IMG/VR virus record: IMGVR_UViG_3300020576_006124
Span: 96,001-160,000 of that record
DNA length: 64,000 bases
DNA from: a virus
Lineage: Duplodnaviria > Caudoviricetes
Direction: 5' to 3' (one strand)
Shown: positions 28,456-39,900 of the stretch, piece by piece
Layout: each line of letters starts with the position of its first letter
How positions within the stretch are numbered: the first letter of the stretch is position 1
Position numbers and translations under genes: made by a program
Notes under the pieces: generated by a model
Databases searched by the model: none
The model's input: only the letters and a program-made list of their open reading frames with translations
Told to the model about the DNA's origin: nothing

Positions 28456-29099
28456 TAATACCTCTTTTCCTTTTTGTCAGGTCTGTCCTCAAATTTGTGA
28501 GAACCCTTAAACCTTAAATGGATACCCCTTTGCTTTGTTTTGTCTTTACGATCCGGGATATCGTGTAAGTCGTTTATTTTATTCCCAATAGCTGGGATAG
28601 ATAGTCCCGCTATGGAAATACTCAACCCACTAATAATAGAGTCTTCCCCAAAACTCTCATGGAACTTGGGAGGAACTATTTCATACATTGCGTCTATTCC
28701 TTCTTTTAAAATTCCCTTAGAGAGTATACCACTACTCTTTATAGAAGAGGCTACCACCTTCCCTATATTAGTGGAATACTTTAGCAACAAAGCCGCAGAC
28801 GCTGTTGTAAGTGCGGTGGAACTGCTGGCTCGAAGAATAGAATCTGTCTTGTGGAGGTTATAGTTTAGCAAACTTCCCCCCAGCAACCCGAGGAAGACGT
28901 GGCTCTTGTTAAGAGAAATACCAAATCTCCCACTAGCGAACTCGGCAACACCTGCCACGGTTGCTGCCCAGGCTACCTGTCCATGTATGCTAGGTTTTTT
29001 CTTAGACAGACTGTCCGTGAGCCAAAATAACCCTATGCCCCCTACAAAAAATCCTACTGGAGCATATCTAGATTTCAGCGCGGAAGACAGATCAAACAT
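28455..29099 (-). CDS. Multi-pass membrane or virion protein
   Basis: 214 aa with several hydrophobic Gly/Ala-rich helices and a basic C-terminus. Confidence 0.5.
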   Translation of the reverse strand: MFDLSSALKSRYAPVGFFVGGIGLFWLTDSLSKKKPSIHGQVAWAATVAGVAEFASGRFGISLNKSHVFLGLLGGSLLNYNLHKTDSILRASSSTALTTASAALLLKYSTNIGKVVASSIKSSGILSKGILKEGIDAMYEIVPPKFHESFGEDSIISGLSISIAGLSIPAIGNKINDLHDIPDRKDKTKQRGIHLRFKGSHKFEDRPDKKEKRY

Positions 29100-32000
29100 T
29101 AGTTATATAGGTTCTGTCTCTGTTCTAGAGCATTCTCCTGCTCCACAGTCAGCTGGTTAATATAGTTAGAAATGACGTATGAGTTGCTTATAGTATCATA
29201 AATTGAATTTTTTAAGCCATTCAAATTTTCTCTTGATAGAGTTCCTGATATCTTAAAGTGTACACTAGTGTGTCTGACTTGGGGCACATTATCTCCGTGA
29301 ACATTTTCCTCTCCGTTTCTGGGAGTATAAGGGATCATTACTGATGGGGTTATAGATTGAGAGAGAGTAACTACAGCCGCAAGAGCCGCAGCTTTGGCCA
29401 TGTTTGACTTCTTACCCCCCTGTGCTCCAACACTCTCAATTAAATTATTGATGTCATGAGCTATATCTTCAGCGTTTGTCTCTCTGCTGGCTATTTTATA
29501 ATCTTGAGTTTTTGCTGTAAGATCCAATAATCTCTTAGCTTCTGATGCTTGGGGTGGGATCCCAGCCTCTCTTAAAGATCTTATCTCCTCAAGTCTATCT
29601 CTAACTAATTGACCTAACTTATCTGGAGAGTTTCTACCCCTATTATCCCTAGCATAAATAAGGGCTTCTTCTATCTCCTCTTTTGTGTGCAGCCCTTTGA
29701 TGGAATGGATTTCTTTTTCTATTCCGGCTAGATCAGTTTTTGAGTCTAAATTAGATAGGATAGATAAGGTATCATTACCTTCTTTAGACCTTAGTAAAGA
29801 GCTATAAGAGGAATGGCCTGATAGGCTGTGCAGGATGGTTGGGAGGTCATTCAGCCCCCCTTCAGCGTTATTTAGAGAATCTAACAGCCTCTCGTAAAAA
29901 TCAGTCTCACTGGCTGTTCTCGGGGAAGAGTCTTTTTTCTCTAATAACCCCCCTATAAAAGAGTTGAATAAAGATCCTTCCCCTTTATCCGCGAATGCCT
30001 GCTCTCTAGCACGTACCAGATCAGGAGACTGGTCCACAACTCCTCTAGCTTTAATTAACGACTCAGCTCTTTGGGATGTGTAGTCTGTGGTAGACGTATA
30101 TCTTAACTCAGTTCTCAAGCCTGCTATATCAGAAAAACCATACTTCTCTAGAAATTTAGAGCTGGCAACCCTGTCGAAATCGCCCTCTACTCGGGATCCT
30201 GTAGAGCTAACTATTGAAGCAAATAAAGTCTCCAGAGAAGTCTCTGCAGACACTCCACTTTCCATGTTAATGGACACCCTTTTTTTAGTCTTTCCTAAAG
30301 CTTTGGGTAGACCAGCCTCTTCTAGCGAAGGGTTGAGATCAACGGTAACGCCTAGACCTGGCTGATGGTAGTATCTTCTATCTGGGTTGGCATATGCTTG
30401 TTCCATCATAAAGGCATAAGCAAGACCATATGAGCTAGAGTCAGAAGATTTATATTTTAAATAGTTCATACTCTTACTGCTAAGCACCTCATTAGCAAGA
30501 TCGTATGTAGCCTTTTTACTAGGATCTCTCCAGGAATCCACTAACATATTTCTAGCCATCTCTTCTGCGTGAGAGTCCCCCGGAAAAAGTCTTAAAGCCT
30601 CTTCATTCGAAAGCTCTATATTATCTTTTACTTTTTCTATGACACTAGGCATGTACAAGAGTCCCCTAGTTGCATCATTGTATCCAGAGAAAGAACTAAA
30701 AACAGTATCTACTTTATTTATTTCTCCATCCAGGTTGGCTTTAAAGATAGGAAGAGCGGTAGTGTCTAAATTAAAGGGGTTTATATTGTTTACAATGCGA
30801 AGGGCTCTTTCTGAAACTATGTCGTCCATAGGCCTAGATGTACTGGTCTCTAGAGACTTTAAAAAGGATTGAGTCCCTGCCGGAGTTAAATCTAAATGGA
30901 ACCCGTGACCTCCATCAGACGGAGACATCAAAATTCTATGGTGTCCGCCCATATCTTGAATTCCATTAATCTTAAACCCTCTCCCAGCAAAAGTCCCCCC
31001 AATAATGGAATCATTAAGGAAAAACTCAGTGTTCGAAATGTTTTCTCCCCTAATCAATCCTAATGGATTTTCTTTAATGAAGGATCTTTCTGAGAGGATT
31101 CTTCTAAGGCCAACAGATTCTTCTGGAAGTAAGTGATCTAAAACGTTGGCTGTCTCCGTTGACATAGACAGCGGGTAGCTGTTGTTTGATACAGCTTTTG
31201 TAATTTCTTCTAATTGGGATGAGATGGATGAGCTTTGTCCTGTAACTAGGACTTTCTTGGTGCCTGATGATAGAGTAAATGTTGAGGAGTTTGCATCAAA
31301 AGACAAATTTAACGAGCCTCCCTTTTTAAAGTTCTTTCTTTGAGTCTCAACAGAATTGAACTTCTCATCTGCAAGAAACAATCCTTTATTTGTGGGGTAG
31401 ATGTTGCCTCTTACCTGCGGATATTCTATTTTTGTGGGAGTAAAGGTCCCAGTAGCTTCATTTTTAACAACAGTTGCTCTTGGATCTGAGGGGTCTACAA
31501 TAATCTTCGGATTAGAGTCAGCTACTTCCTTGCTCTTGGATATTAAAGCTTTTATTTCGGAGCCTTCTAAGTCTAAGGTTTTTAGGTCTTCTAGCTGAGA
31601 GGCTTTTAGGAAGATTCTTTCCTGCCCTGCAAAAAGAGATCTAAGATCATTGTTCCTATTGTAGTTTGTGTGGGCAAAGGCTAAGACCAGATTAGTGTCT
31701 ACACCTAATATGGCTTCCGGAGAGTCTATAGAGAACCTTTCAAGTTCTGATACTCTCCCTAAACTGTATCTGCTAACTGATCCCGTTTTGGTAGATCCTA
31801 CTACTCTTCCTGCTATCATCCACCCCAGCTCATTCTTTGCTCTACTTAGTTGTTCGTAGACCTTCGAGGAGGAGCCCAAAGCCCCTGTAGGATCATAGGC
31901 TGTGAACATATATTTTAGTTGCGCGTAAGATACTTTAGAGTTACCAAGAAAATGGGTTGTTAGATTGTCCCTTTCTTGGGCTGTCAGATCCCCCATTACT

Positions 32001-32845
32001 CCGAATCTTTCTAAGACTCTTTGTGATATAGCCCTTAGCCTATCATTAGGCTTCATACTCTCAAACTTATCCCCAAAATTTATTCCAAGTATCTCGCCAG
32101 CTTTCTTTGGGTTAGTGATGATACTGGATACAAAAAGGTCTAACTCTTTTTCTTGAAAGTTGTTAGGCTTCCTTGCTACTTTTAAAAAGCCCCCAAATAC
32201 TGGGGATTCTGGAGTTGATTTATTTGAGAAGAAGGCTTTCTTTAGGGTGGTTATTCTAAAATCTAAGGTCTTGTCCAGATCCCCTATATAGTTTTTATTA
32301 GAAGCCTTGAATTTATAAGATTCTTTAGAGATGTTAGAACTTAGAACTCTAAGGTAGTCATCAGTAATTAAGCTTCTGGAGATATTGTTTCTTAAAACAT
32401 CGTAGATTTCCTGAGTTGTAGGTACTACTCCCGACACTGAGTAGATCTTGTGAATTATCTCCTTAACGCCTTCTCCAACGGAGGACCCATCAGTATCTAC
32501 TTCGGTTAGTGCAAAAAGAAAGGATCTTACTACTTTGCCTTCTTTAGAATTAAAAAGGTGTTTGAGCTCTCCCTCTTCCCCTGCCAATATTGCCATACGC
32601 GACTGTATGGTATTATAAACGTGTTCTGGTGGAACTTCAAGCTTATTGGCTCTAACTAGAAAGTGATCTTCTATTTCTCGGTACTTTGAGTCTACAATTT
32701 TTAGCTTCTTATCCCACAGGTTCATTAAATACAGGGAAACTAGCCCTGTAGTTGTTCCGAGCACAATTTCGGAAACTATAAATTCTGATTCTTCCCTCTC
32801 GCTGTAAACAATGTCCCCAGGGGAGGTGCTATCTAATGACAGCAT
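29099..32845 (-). CDS. Large virion protein of unknown function
   Basis: 1248 aa, mostly helical; hydrophobic AKAAALAAVV segment near the C-terminus. Confidence 0.5.
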   Translation of the reverse strand: MLSLDSTSPGDIVYSEREESEFIVSEIVLGTTTGLVSLYLMNLWDKKLKIVDSKYREIEDHFLVRANKLEVPPEHVYNTIQSRMAILAGEEGELKHLFNSKEGKVVRSFLFALTEVDTDGSSVGEGVKEIIHKIYSVSGVVPTTQEIYDVLRNNISRSLITDDYLRVLSSNISKESYKFKASNKNYIGDLDKTLDFRITTLKKAFFSNKSTPESPVFGGFLKVARKPNNFQEKELDLFVSSIITNPKKAGEILGINFGDKFESMKPNDRLRAISQRVLERFGVMGDLTAQERDNLTTHFLGNSKVSYAQLKYMFTAYDPTGALGSSSKVYEQLSRAKNELGWMIAGRVVGSTKTGSVSRYSLGRVSELERFSIDSPEAILGVDTNLVLAFAHTNYNRNNDLRSLFAGQERIFLKASQLEDLKTLDLEGSEIKALISKSKEVADSNPKIIVDPSDPRATVVKNEATGTFTPTKIEYPQVRGNIYPTNKGLFLADEKFNSVETQRKNFKKGGSLNLSFDANSSTFTLSSGTKKVLVTGQSSSISSQLEEITKAVSNNSYPLSMSTETANVLDHLLPEESVGLRRILSERSFIKENPLGLIRGENISNTEFFLNDSIIGGTFAGRGFKINGIQDMGGHHRILMSPSDGGHGFHLDLTPAGTQSFLKSLETSTSRPMDDIVSERALRIVNNINPFNLDTTALPIFKANLDGEINKVDTVFSSFSGYNDATRGLLYMPSVIEKVKDNIELSNEEALRLFPGDSHAEEMARNMLVDSWRDPSKKATYDLANEVLSSKSMNYLKYKSSDSSSYGLAYAFMMEQAYANPDRRYYHQPGLGVTVDLNPSLEEAGLPKALGKTKKRVSINMESGVSAETSLETLFASIVSSTGSRVEGDFDRVASSKFLEKYGFSDIAGLRTELRYTSTTDYTSQRAESLIKARGVVDQSPDLVRAREQAFADKGEGSLFNSFIGGLLEKKDSSPRTASETDFYERLLDSLNNAEGGLNDLPTILHSLSGHSSYSSLLRSKEGNDTLSILSNLDSKTDLAGIEKEIHSIKGLHTKEEIEEALIYARDNRGRNSPDKLGQLVRDRLEEIRSLREAGIPPQASEAKRLLDLTAKTQDYKIASRETNAEDIAHDINNLIESVGAQGGKKSNMAKAAALAAVVTLSQSITPSVMIPYTPRNGEENVHGDNVPQVRHTSVHFKISGTLSRENLNGLKNSIYDTISNSYVISNYINQLTVEQENALEQRQNLYN

Positions 32846-32855
32846 ATATTTCTAC

Positions 32856-32867
32856 TAAAATAGAGTT
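32856..32867 (-). promoter_or_regulatory. Putative late promoter motif AACTCTATTTTA
   Basis: Recurrent motif between a terminator and the ATG at 32845. Confidence 0.6.
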
Positions 32868-32868
32868 C

Positions 32869-32903
32869 AAAATAAAAAGGAGCCAAGAAACCCTGGCTCC
32901 TTT
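32869..32903 (-). terminator. Intrinsic terminator
   Basis: AAAGGAGCCA-GGGTTTCT-TGGCTCCTTT followed by TTATTTT. Confidence 0.85.
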
Positions 32904-32923
32904 GGAGTTTTTTTTATTCTAAA

Positions 32924-33997
32924 CTAGACGGTGATTAATCTAGTTTTATTGTGATCTACTAGACCTGTTGGACCTTTTTCTAATATCACAAAACCTTTCG
33001 TTGTTCTAAACATGGTTCCCTGCTCTAATTGATAGGGCATAGTTTGGCATAGGCAGCCTGTTAGGAGTAATTGCACACCATTAAGGTAGGTGCAGCTTAA
33101 TCTATGAGTATGGGCTTGAGCTACAACTCTAACCTTTTCTTTAACCCCAAGAACATCTTTAAACCCTTCAACAAATTTAAGAACGTCTTCTGCCGCACCT
33201 GCCCCAGCAAATTTCTCATGGTGAGATACTACTAGATCTTTCTCAATATGAATCGTGTTTAGAAATTCTTGGTGAGATGGTAGATTACTAAAAGCTAATC
33301 CCTCAGAGGTGTGTCTAAGAACCTCAACATTTTTTAATCCGGCAGAAATGATCTCAAGAGGGTCAATAAGAAGGGGGAGTAGTTGGGGGTAGTTGCTGGC
33401 TAGAATCTTAGTTGGTCGAAGATCATGGTTTCCAGTCAGCATTTTTATGTTTTTAGCACAGGAACTAAGTTCTTCAAGGAAAGATCTAGTGAAGGCTAAT
33501 TCCTCTCTAACAGTTAGGTGGTCTACGTTTTTATTAAATCTGGATACTGAGTAAAAGTCTAATAAGTCCCCCGCCAGATAAACAGTTTCTGCGTATTTAG
33601 CCGCATCAAGGAAAGCTGCTACAGCATCTTTATCTGCCCATACAGAGTGCAAATCGCCTCCTACGAGGATAAACTCATCACTCTTATGTTTAGATGTCCC
33701 AGAGAAGTCCTTATACTCCCCAATTATTTTGGTGAGAGAGTCTCTGGCGTAGGTAATAGGACTGTTGTCCTTCGGGGCTTCTGATGGTAAGGATAAGTTT
33801 TTAACAAAATCCTTATATAAACCAAGAAGAAGATCTCTTGCCTCATACTCAGGGAGCTCCATCTCTTCAGCTAAAACAGAGTAAATATTGGCTACCCCAG
33901 TCTTAGCTTTCTTAGCTTCCCAGTACATATGTCCAATTGCCTGACTAATTCCGGCATCGGAACATTTCTTCAAAAACATTTCTCTAGTATTACTCAT
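32924..33997 (-). CDS. Calcineurin-like metallophosphoesterase
   Basis: All five motifs present: GDLH, GDLLD, GNHD, HH, AHTH. Confidence 0.88.
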   Translation of the reverse strand: MSNTREMFLKKCSDAGISQAIGHMYWEAKKAKTGVANIYSVLAEEMELPEYEARDLLLGLYKDFVKNLSLPSEAPKDNSPITYARDSLTKIIGEYKDFSGTSKHKSDEFILVGGDLHSVWADKDAVAAFLDAAKYAETVYLAGDLLDFYSVSRFNKNVDHLTVREELAFTRSFLEELSSCAKNIKMLTGNHDLRPTKILASNYPQLLPLLIDPLEIISAGLKNVEVLRHTSEGLAFSNLPSHQEFLNTIHIEKDLVVSHHEKFAGAGAAEDVLKFVEGFKDVLGVKEKVRVVAQAHTHRLSCTYLNGVQLLLTGCLCQTMPYQLEQGTMFRTTKGFVILEKGPTGLVDHNKTRLITV

Positions 33998-36900
33998 TAG
34001 AAATTAGGTCCTTTTATTTGCTCTAAAACTTTATCCCGATAATACTGAGCCACTTCTTCTTTGGTATCAAAATCCAAAGTCATCTCAGGCCTATCAGATG
34101 TTAATCGTTGTATCTCGTATGTTATATTAGGGGTGGATCTAAGAATAGCCTCAACACTGGACACTCCATTCTCCATGTAAGGAACTCTAAAATTATCCCC
34201 TAAAATCTGTTTGGCTTTATCTACAGTAGATCTTCCAGGTCTTCCCGCAAGCACATTTTCATTTGCCCTGACTAGGGTTTCTATCTGCTTATCTTCTACT
34301 AGAGCTGACCATCCCTCCCAGTCCTCTCCGGGTAGATCAAATTTTTTAGATGCATTTTCGATTCCTGTATTTTTGGGGGAGTCAAAGCCAAGATATGATG
34401 CTAGCACTCTTTTTTGTGGATCAGGCAGTAGGTCATAGAAATCTTCTTTCTCTGCCTTGTTAGCGTACAAAATAATTTCCTTTGCTATTTGTTGTTGCCT
34501 TCTAGGGAGAGATCTGATTGCATCATCTAAAGAATTTATTTCCTCATCATACCCAATCATTGTCTGAGAAATCTTCTTTTCTGCAAATTTCTTTAATTTT
34601 TGTAGAGATTCTATAGTGGCTGAGCTGGCCGACTTTTTAAGCTCTTCATCAACAGCGGAGTTGATTCTTGAGTACTTCACATATTTTATGGTATCAAGAT
34701 ACTCGTCCACCTCAGAATCCCTATAATAGGACTCTGGTAAAGGATTACCATCTAGACCATTAAGAAATGCTAGGCCCGCCACAATTGCCCCAGCCACTTT
34801 ACCTGCCTTGACCTTATCTTCAGATCGTCTAAGGAAGAAGCTTGTTGTGAGCATAGCCCCTAGAGCAGCCCCGACCATATCCCTATGAATGTAGCTTGTA
34901 ATTGTAGGATAAAGACCTGTTTTCAAAGGATGCATCCAATCGAACTTGTCTGTGCCATAAACTTCTCCCCTCTCAAATTGTTCTAGCGGGGATCTAGCCC
35001 TTAGAAGTTTATTATTTATAGGAGTGTCTAGATGTGAAAACTCTTCGAACCAACTAGTTCCATACATCATTTTATAGGCTAGAGGGGATTTGTCTTTTCT
35101 ATCATAGGAGGCATAATGGGATTTAACGATTTCTTGGTTGACGCCATTAATAATAGCAGGAATAACAGTTTCCCCTAGAATTCCTTCTTGGCCCTCAACT
35201 ATTTTAACTTGGACATTAGCTCCTACTGCTATTCCAAACGTCTCTAGAACCCTCTCGTAGCCCTCAGAATAGGCATCGTAGGAGAACTTTACCCCGGCCA
35301 ATCTAAATACTCCTCTATCTGTATAAATTTCTCCGTCTAATCCGATGTTTTCCACTCTAGCTGAGAAGCTGTCTGTACCAACATTTCTCCTTGGATACAG
35401 ATGATACATCTCCTCTTTATCCTCTGCATCTTCTCTTGCAAGCTGCACTCGCTTGAACCCTTGAGGTGTAAGACTCTGAGACATGGCTCTTCTTAGTTGT
35501 TCGGAGTACTTATAACTATTTGGGGCTACTCTAGCTAATATCTCTAGTTTAGAGACTTCATCGTAAGACTGATATCTGTTTCTGCCAGACAACTTCTGAT
35601 CTAAGGCAAGTGCTGGATGTGATCTTTCATAAGCCTCTCCAGGTAACTCTAATTCTCCTATAGGTCCCGATCTTGAATTATGGGTTGCGATACTAGGGGT
35701 GCAAAATGATGCGTCGTTTTCTACGCTAAACCCATAAACTTTTGTAACAGAAGGATCTAGCCCTATTTTTACCACTTTAACGTGCAGAAAATCTTTAGTT
35801 AAATAGTAGTTAGAGTAACGATAAGGTTTTGGTGGTTTAATGTTCGAGGCTCCAAGAATCTCGCGCATAAACCTATAGGCATGGGATGACCCAAGCTTTA
35901 TTGTGTAAGACCTACTGGACCTTATCTGTTTTTGCCCTATCTGAGACACCCTTGGAGAATTGGTAATAATGCTAGAAACATACCCCCGCAGAAGTAACAG
36001 CTCCCATATTTGGTATGATAGATTTCGATTGCAGGTTTTGGCGGATACTACATATCGGCCTTTTGAGATAAAACTGCAACCATCTCCTAAAAAGTAGCCC
36101 TCTAACAAAGCGTCTATACAAGAGTTTTTAAGATTAAAAAAGATGTCTGAGAGCTTTTTATGGTGAGATATTTTACCCACTAAAGATTCGAATAGTCTCT
36201 GTACTGGTAGGGAATATAAATGTAAGCTTGCCCCCTCTGTGTTTCCTAGCCTTTTCCATGATGAAGATGTCTTTGGGAATTTATTTTTTATTATCTTTAT
36301 AATTTTCTCTGCGTAATTACTTTCTGAAATATTCATCGAAAGATCCACTTGGGCATTTTGGAAGGTACCTTCAGCTAAAACCCAACCTAGAACATAACAA
36401 AGATCTTCATCTACCTCCACAAACCTGTTTTGACTGTGGAGCTCGCATCTTCTTTTCGCCGCTTTTATCTCACTGTTCCTAGCACTATTATTAGACTTTT
36501 TGTACCAAGAAGTGTCTCTGCCCTCAATAACATCTCCTAATAACCTCTTGTAATCATCGCTAGGTTTTGTAGCAGAAGATGGGATATAAATATTATCGTT
36601 AAAGTAGTCGCAGGAAACGTAGTTTAGGAGGTCAATAATCACTGCTTGTTGGGTTGATTTTTTCCTAGGGTAGGCTAGAGTATCTCCAATTTTGATATCT
36701 TTCACCTCGGTCCAGACATAATCCCCATCTTTATACTGGTATAAAGGATGGCCCGGGCTAGCGGTAAGAGGGAACGAGGGCATTCCAAATACGGTTATCT
36801 TTTTTGCTACTTCCATTTTCTCCAGGCTTCTTAAGAAAATGGAGAATACTTTCTCAAAATTACCTTGATGAGTCAAAACTTTTTCCCCAACCTCAATATT

Positions 36901-39900
36901 CTCAGCCTTCTTCAAGCCCTCCCTGGTAATCAGTAAAGTTTCTGGTGAGACACAGTAGGGGTCTCCCTTGAGCATATCATCCGGCAACCATTCGGGCATT
37001 GTATTTGGTAGTGGGTTTATAGCATCAGTAGCTTGTATATCCCCAGATACAAATCTTCTAGTGAATTCACCAACAGGGCCTGTTAGCTCTCCGTATCTTC
37101 CTAGGAACATCATACGGCCTATTCCTGTGGCGAAGTCTGGGTCTTGAACTTGTAAATCTATTTTATCAGGTTGAAAAGCAAAATTATATCTTAGAAACGC
37201 ACCATAAAATCCAGAGACAGCCCTATACCTTCTGGTTAGATCTGTGATACTTGGGATCTCTGATGGTCCTTGAAGAATTTGATCCATGGATCCGCTGTGA
37301 CCGCCCCCTTCCCCTAATATTAGTCCGTGTCCTTGAGAACCACTTCCCCCACCAGAACCCCCCGTCCCATACCCATTTTCTGCCCCAGATCCTTCTTCCC
37401 CCCCACCTCTTGGGGATGATTTAGAAAGTTTGTAGGGTCGATCTTGTACCTTGTCAACCCAATCAATAAAGGGGTTAAAAGCCAGGACGTTTGAGGCGTT
37501 AGTCCAATTACTTCTCCATCTATTATAAAAATTTGGTCTAAATCCCTCAATAGAGGATCCCGAGACTGGGGATCTATTCCCTAATATCCAAAGTCTATTG
37601 GTTCTAATAGGATCTTCTCCAAAAGCTAGATAGTCCTGTTGTTCCTCAAAACTTCGTGGGGTAAAATATTGATCTAGACCTGGTACAGCGTCTACTATTC
37701 TCTTAGATATGTCATTTAGACCTGTAACTTCTTGAATAAGGCTCTTACCCAGAGAAAGAGGCCCCAGAACTCCTGCTGCAACCTCTGGAAGGGAGGGTAG
37801 GCCACTAGAGTCTAAAGAGTTGTTAAGTGCTCCCCAGGCATAGAATCCTGCCACTACTGGTAATACCCTTGTGAGCCCAAAGGCTGTCATTGTAGAGCCT
37901 ACAGAACCCAGAGAGGCATTATTAACCCCCAGGCCTACCTCACCAAGGACATTATTAGCAGAGCGGGCCATGACTGTAGCTCTGTAAGAGAATTCATTAA
38001 GGGCAGTAGAGGGAGATATAAGACCCTTTAATCCCTCAAACAAGTTAAACCCTGCAGCTATAGCGTAGTTTGGGATATCATCAAATTGGTTATCCCCCAG
38101 TATAAAAGGAGAAAAGCTCTTTCCTGTTACCTGAGATGTGACGCTGCTTCCAGTAGATCCAGCGAGGGTTGATAGGAATTTTAGAGATTGTCTCTCTAAG
38201 AAATCTTTTGATCCAGTTAAAGATGTTGCATCTTCCATCGCATTCTTAAAGATGGGTAAATCTAAAGCCGTTCCACCCAGAACTTCTTGAGGATCAAGGA
38301 AAGCGGTGGTGAATCTTCTAAACGAGGATACATTTAGTTCGGGAGTACCTGTTTTAACAGACCCGGGCCTCAACAAAGAAAAACTCATACTCATGATTTC
38401 TTCTGCTGTATTGACCCCTATTTTTTTATACTCTTCTACTAGGGCGTCCTCTAGCATAGGGTCCTCCAAATAAGAGGTACCTAAAGAAACGTGTTTAGAA
38501 GCTAGCTCTAATACCCTACTACGAGTTAGTTTAGAATTTTCTACGAACTGAGATTCTGATATATCTCTGATGATTTCTTTTTGGACTGCTTTCTCGGCCT
38601 CCAGGTGTAAGGCAGAATGAGATGGGTCTCCTATTAGTCCTTTTTTAATGCCAGTAATAGTGCCTGTAAAATCAGAGATCCCCCCAGAGTCCTGCTCGGA
38701 GACGCTCAGGTTGAGTTCGTGTGGGTGTGATTTAACTCTTTGAGCTACCCGATAAATATCTGTGGAGCCGGATTCCAATAAGAAATTCTCTAGAGTTTCC
38801 GCAGTACCTAAAGCCTTTTCTGGACTTTGTTCTATTGCGCTTAGAAGCTCTGTTGCGGCCTGAAGAGTGTCAGATCCCCCATTTAATTTAGAAGAGATAA
38901 AACTTTTAATAAGGGAGGAGTGGGACTTTGAGGTGTCCTGTGAAGAGTGAAGAATATGGAATAGAGCTTCGTTCAAATGTTGTGGATCTATCTTCTTGAT
39001 TTCTTCTGGGTTGTTCAAGATAAAGTTTAACAACTGTTTAGGGTTAATAGCTTTGTAATCATAGTCCCCCTGCTTCCTTAAGTAGTCAAAAACTAACGCT
39101 ACCTTATCATTTTTTGGCTGTAGTGTAAAGCCTGTGTTAGGATGATAACCTATCTCAAAAAACTTATCAGGGTGGTTTACAGCTGCTTCATATATCTTTG
39201 AAACTCTTCCCCTATCTCCCCCCTTAAAGAACTCTTTAAATGAGGTAAATATACTCTCCATACCTCTAGATTCCACTAGTGATCTTGCTTTTGTATTATG
39301 AGATAGGCCTATAACCCCTATGTTTGCCTCTTCTGTTAATGAAGCTCTCAGAGTTTTTGGGTTTAGCTCTAAGAGGGATTCCCCTACAGCTATACCATAA
39401 TTAGATCTTTCAAGATTTGGCATTATTCTAAGAAGATCAGCTTGTTTTGAGATTTTCCCCAGACCTCTCACTACTTTTGAGTCGCTAGAGTTAAAATTAA
39501 GTATGGTTAGTGGGACATTCATAACCCCAGGAAACAAGGGGACTTGTAGCCTATTAAGAGTTTTGAAAAGGGATTCCTTTCCTCTTTTTTCAAGCATAGA
39601 CATAGGAACGATACCATGCTTGGTTCTAACAAATCCAGTTTGGGCATTTAGGGCTCTTTCTTTCCTTTTTATTACCTCTCTTATCATTTCTGAGTCAGAA
39701 ATCTTTTTACCTTTTAAGGTTTTTTGAGTCATCTGGGCTATATGATCAGAAATAGACTTCTCATTTATATTTTGGTCTATGTCTGAGAAGAACCCCAGAT
39801 CTTTTAAGAATTTACTTCCGTCTGGGCTATCTAAAAGATCTTTCAGGGTGAGAGCCTCGGCGTCCTTCCCGAATAGTTTTTTTGCGTGAGCTACTACCCT

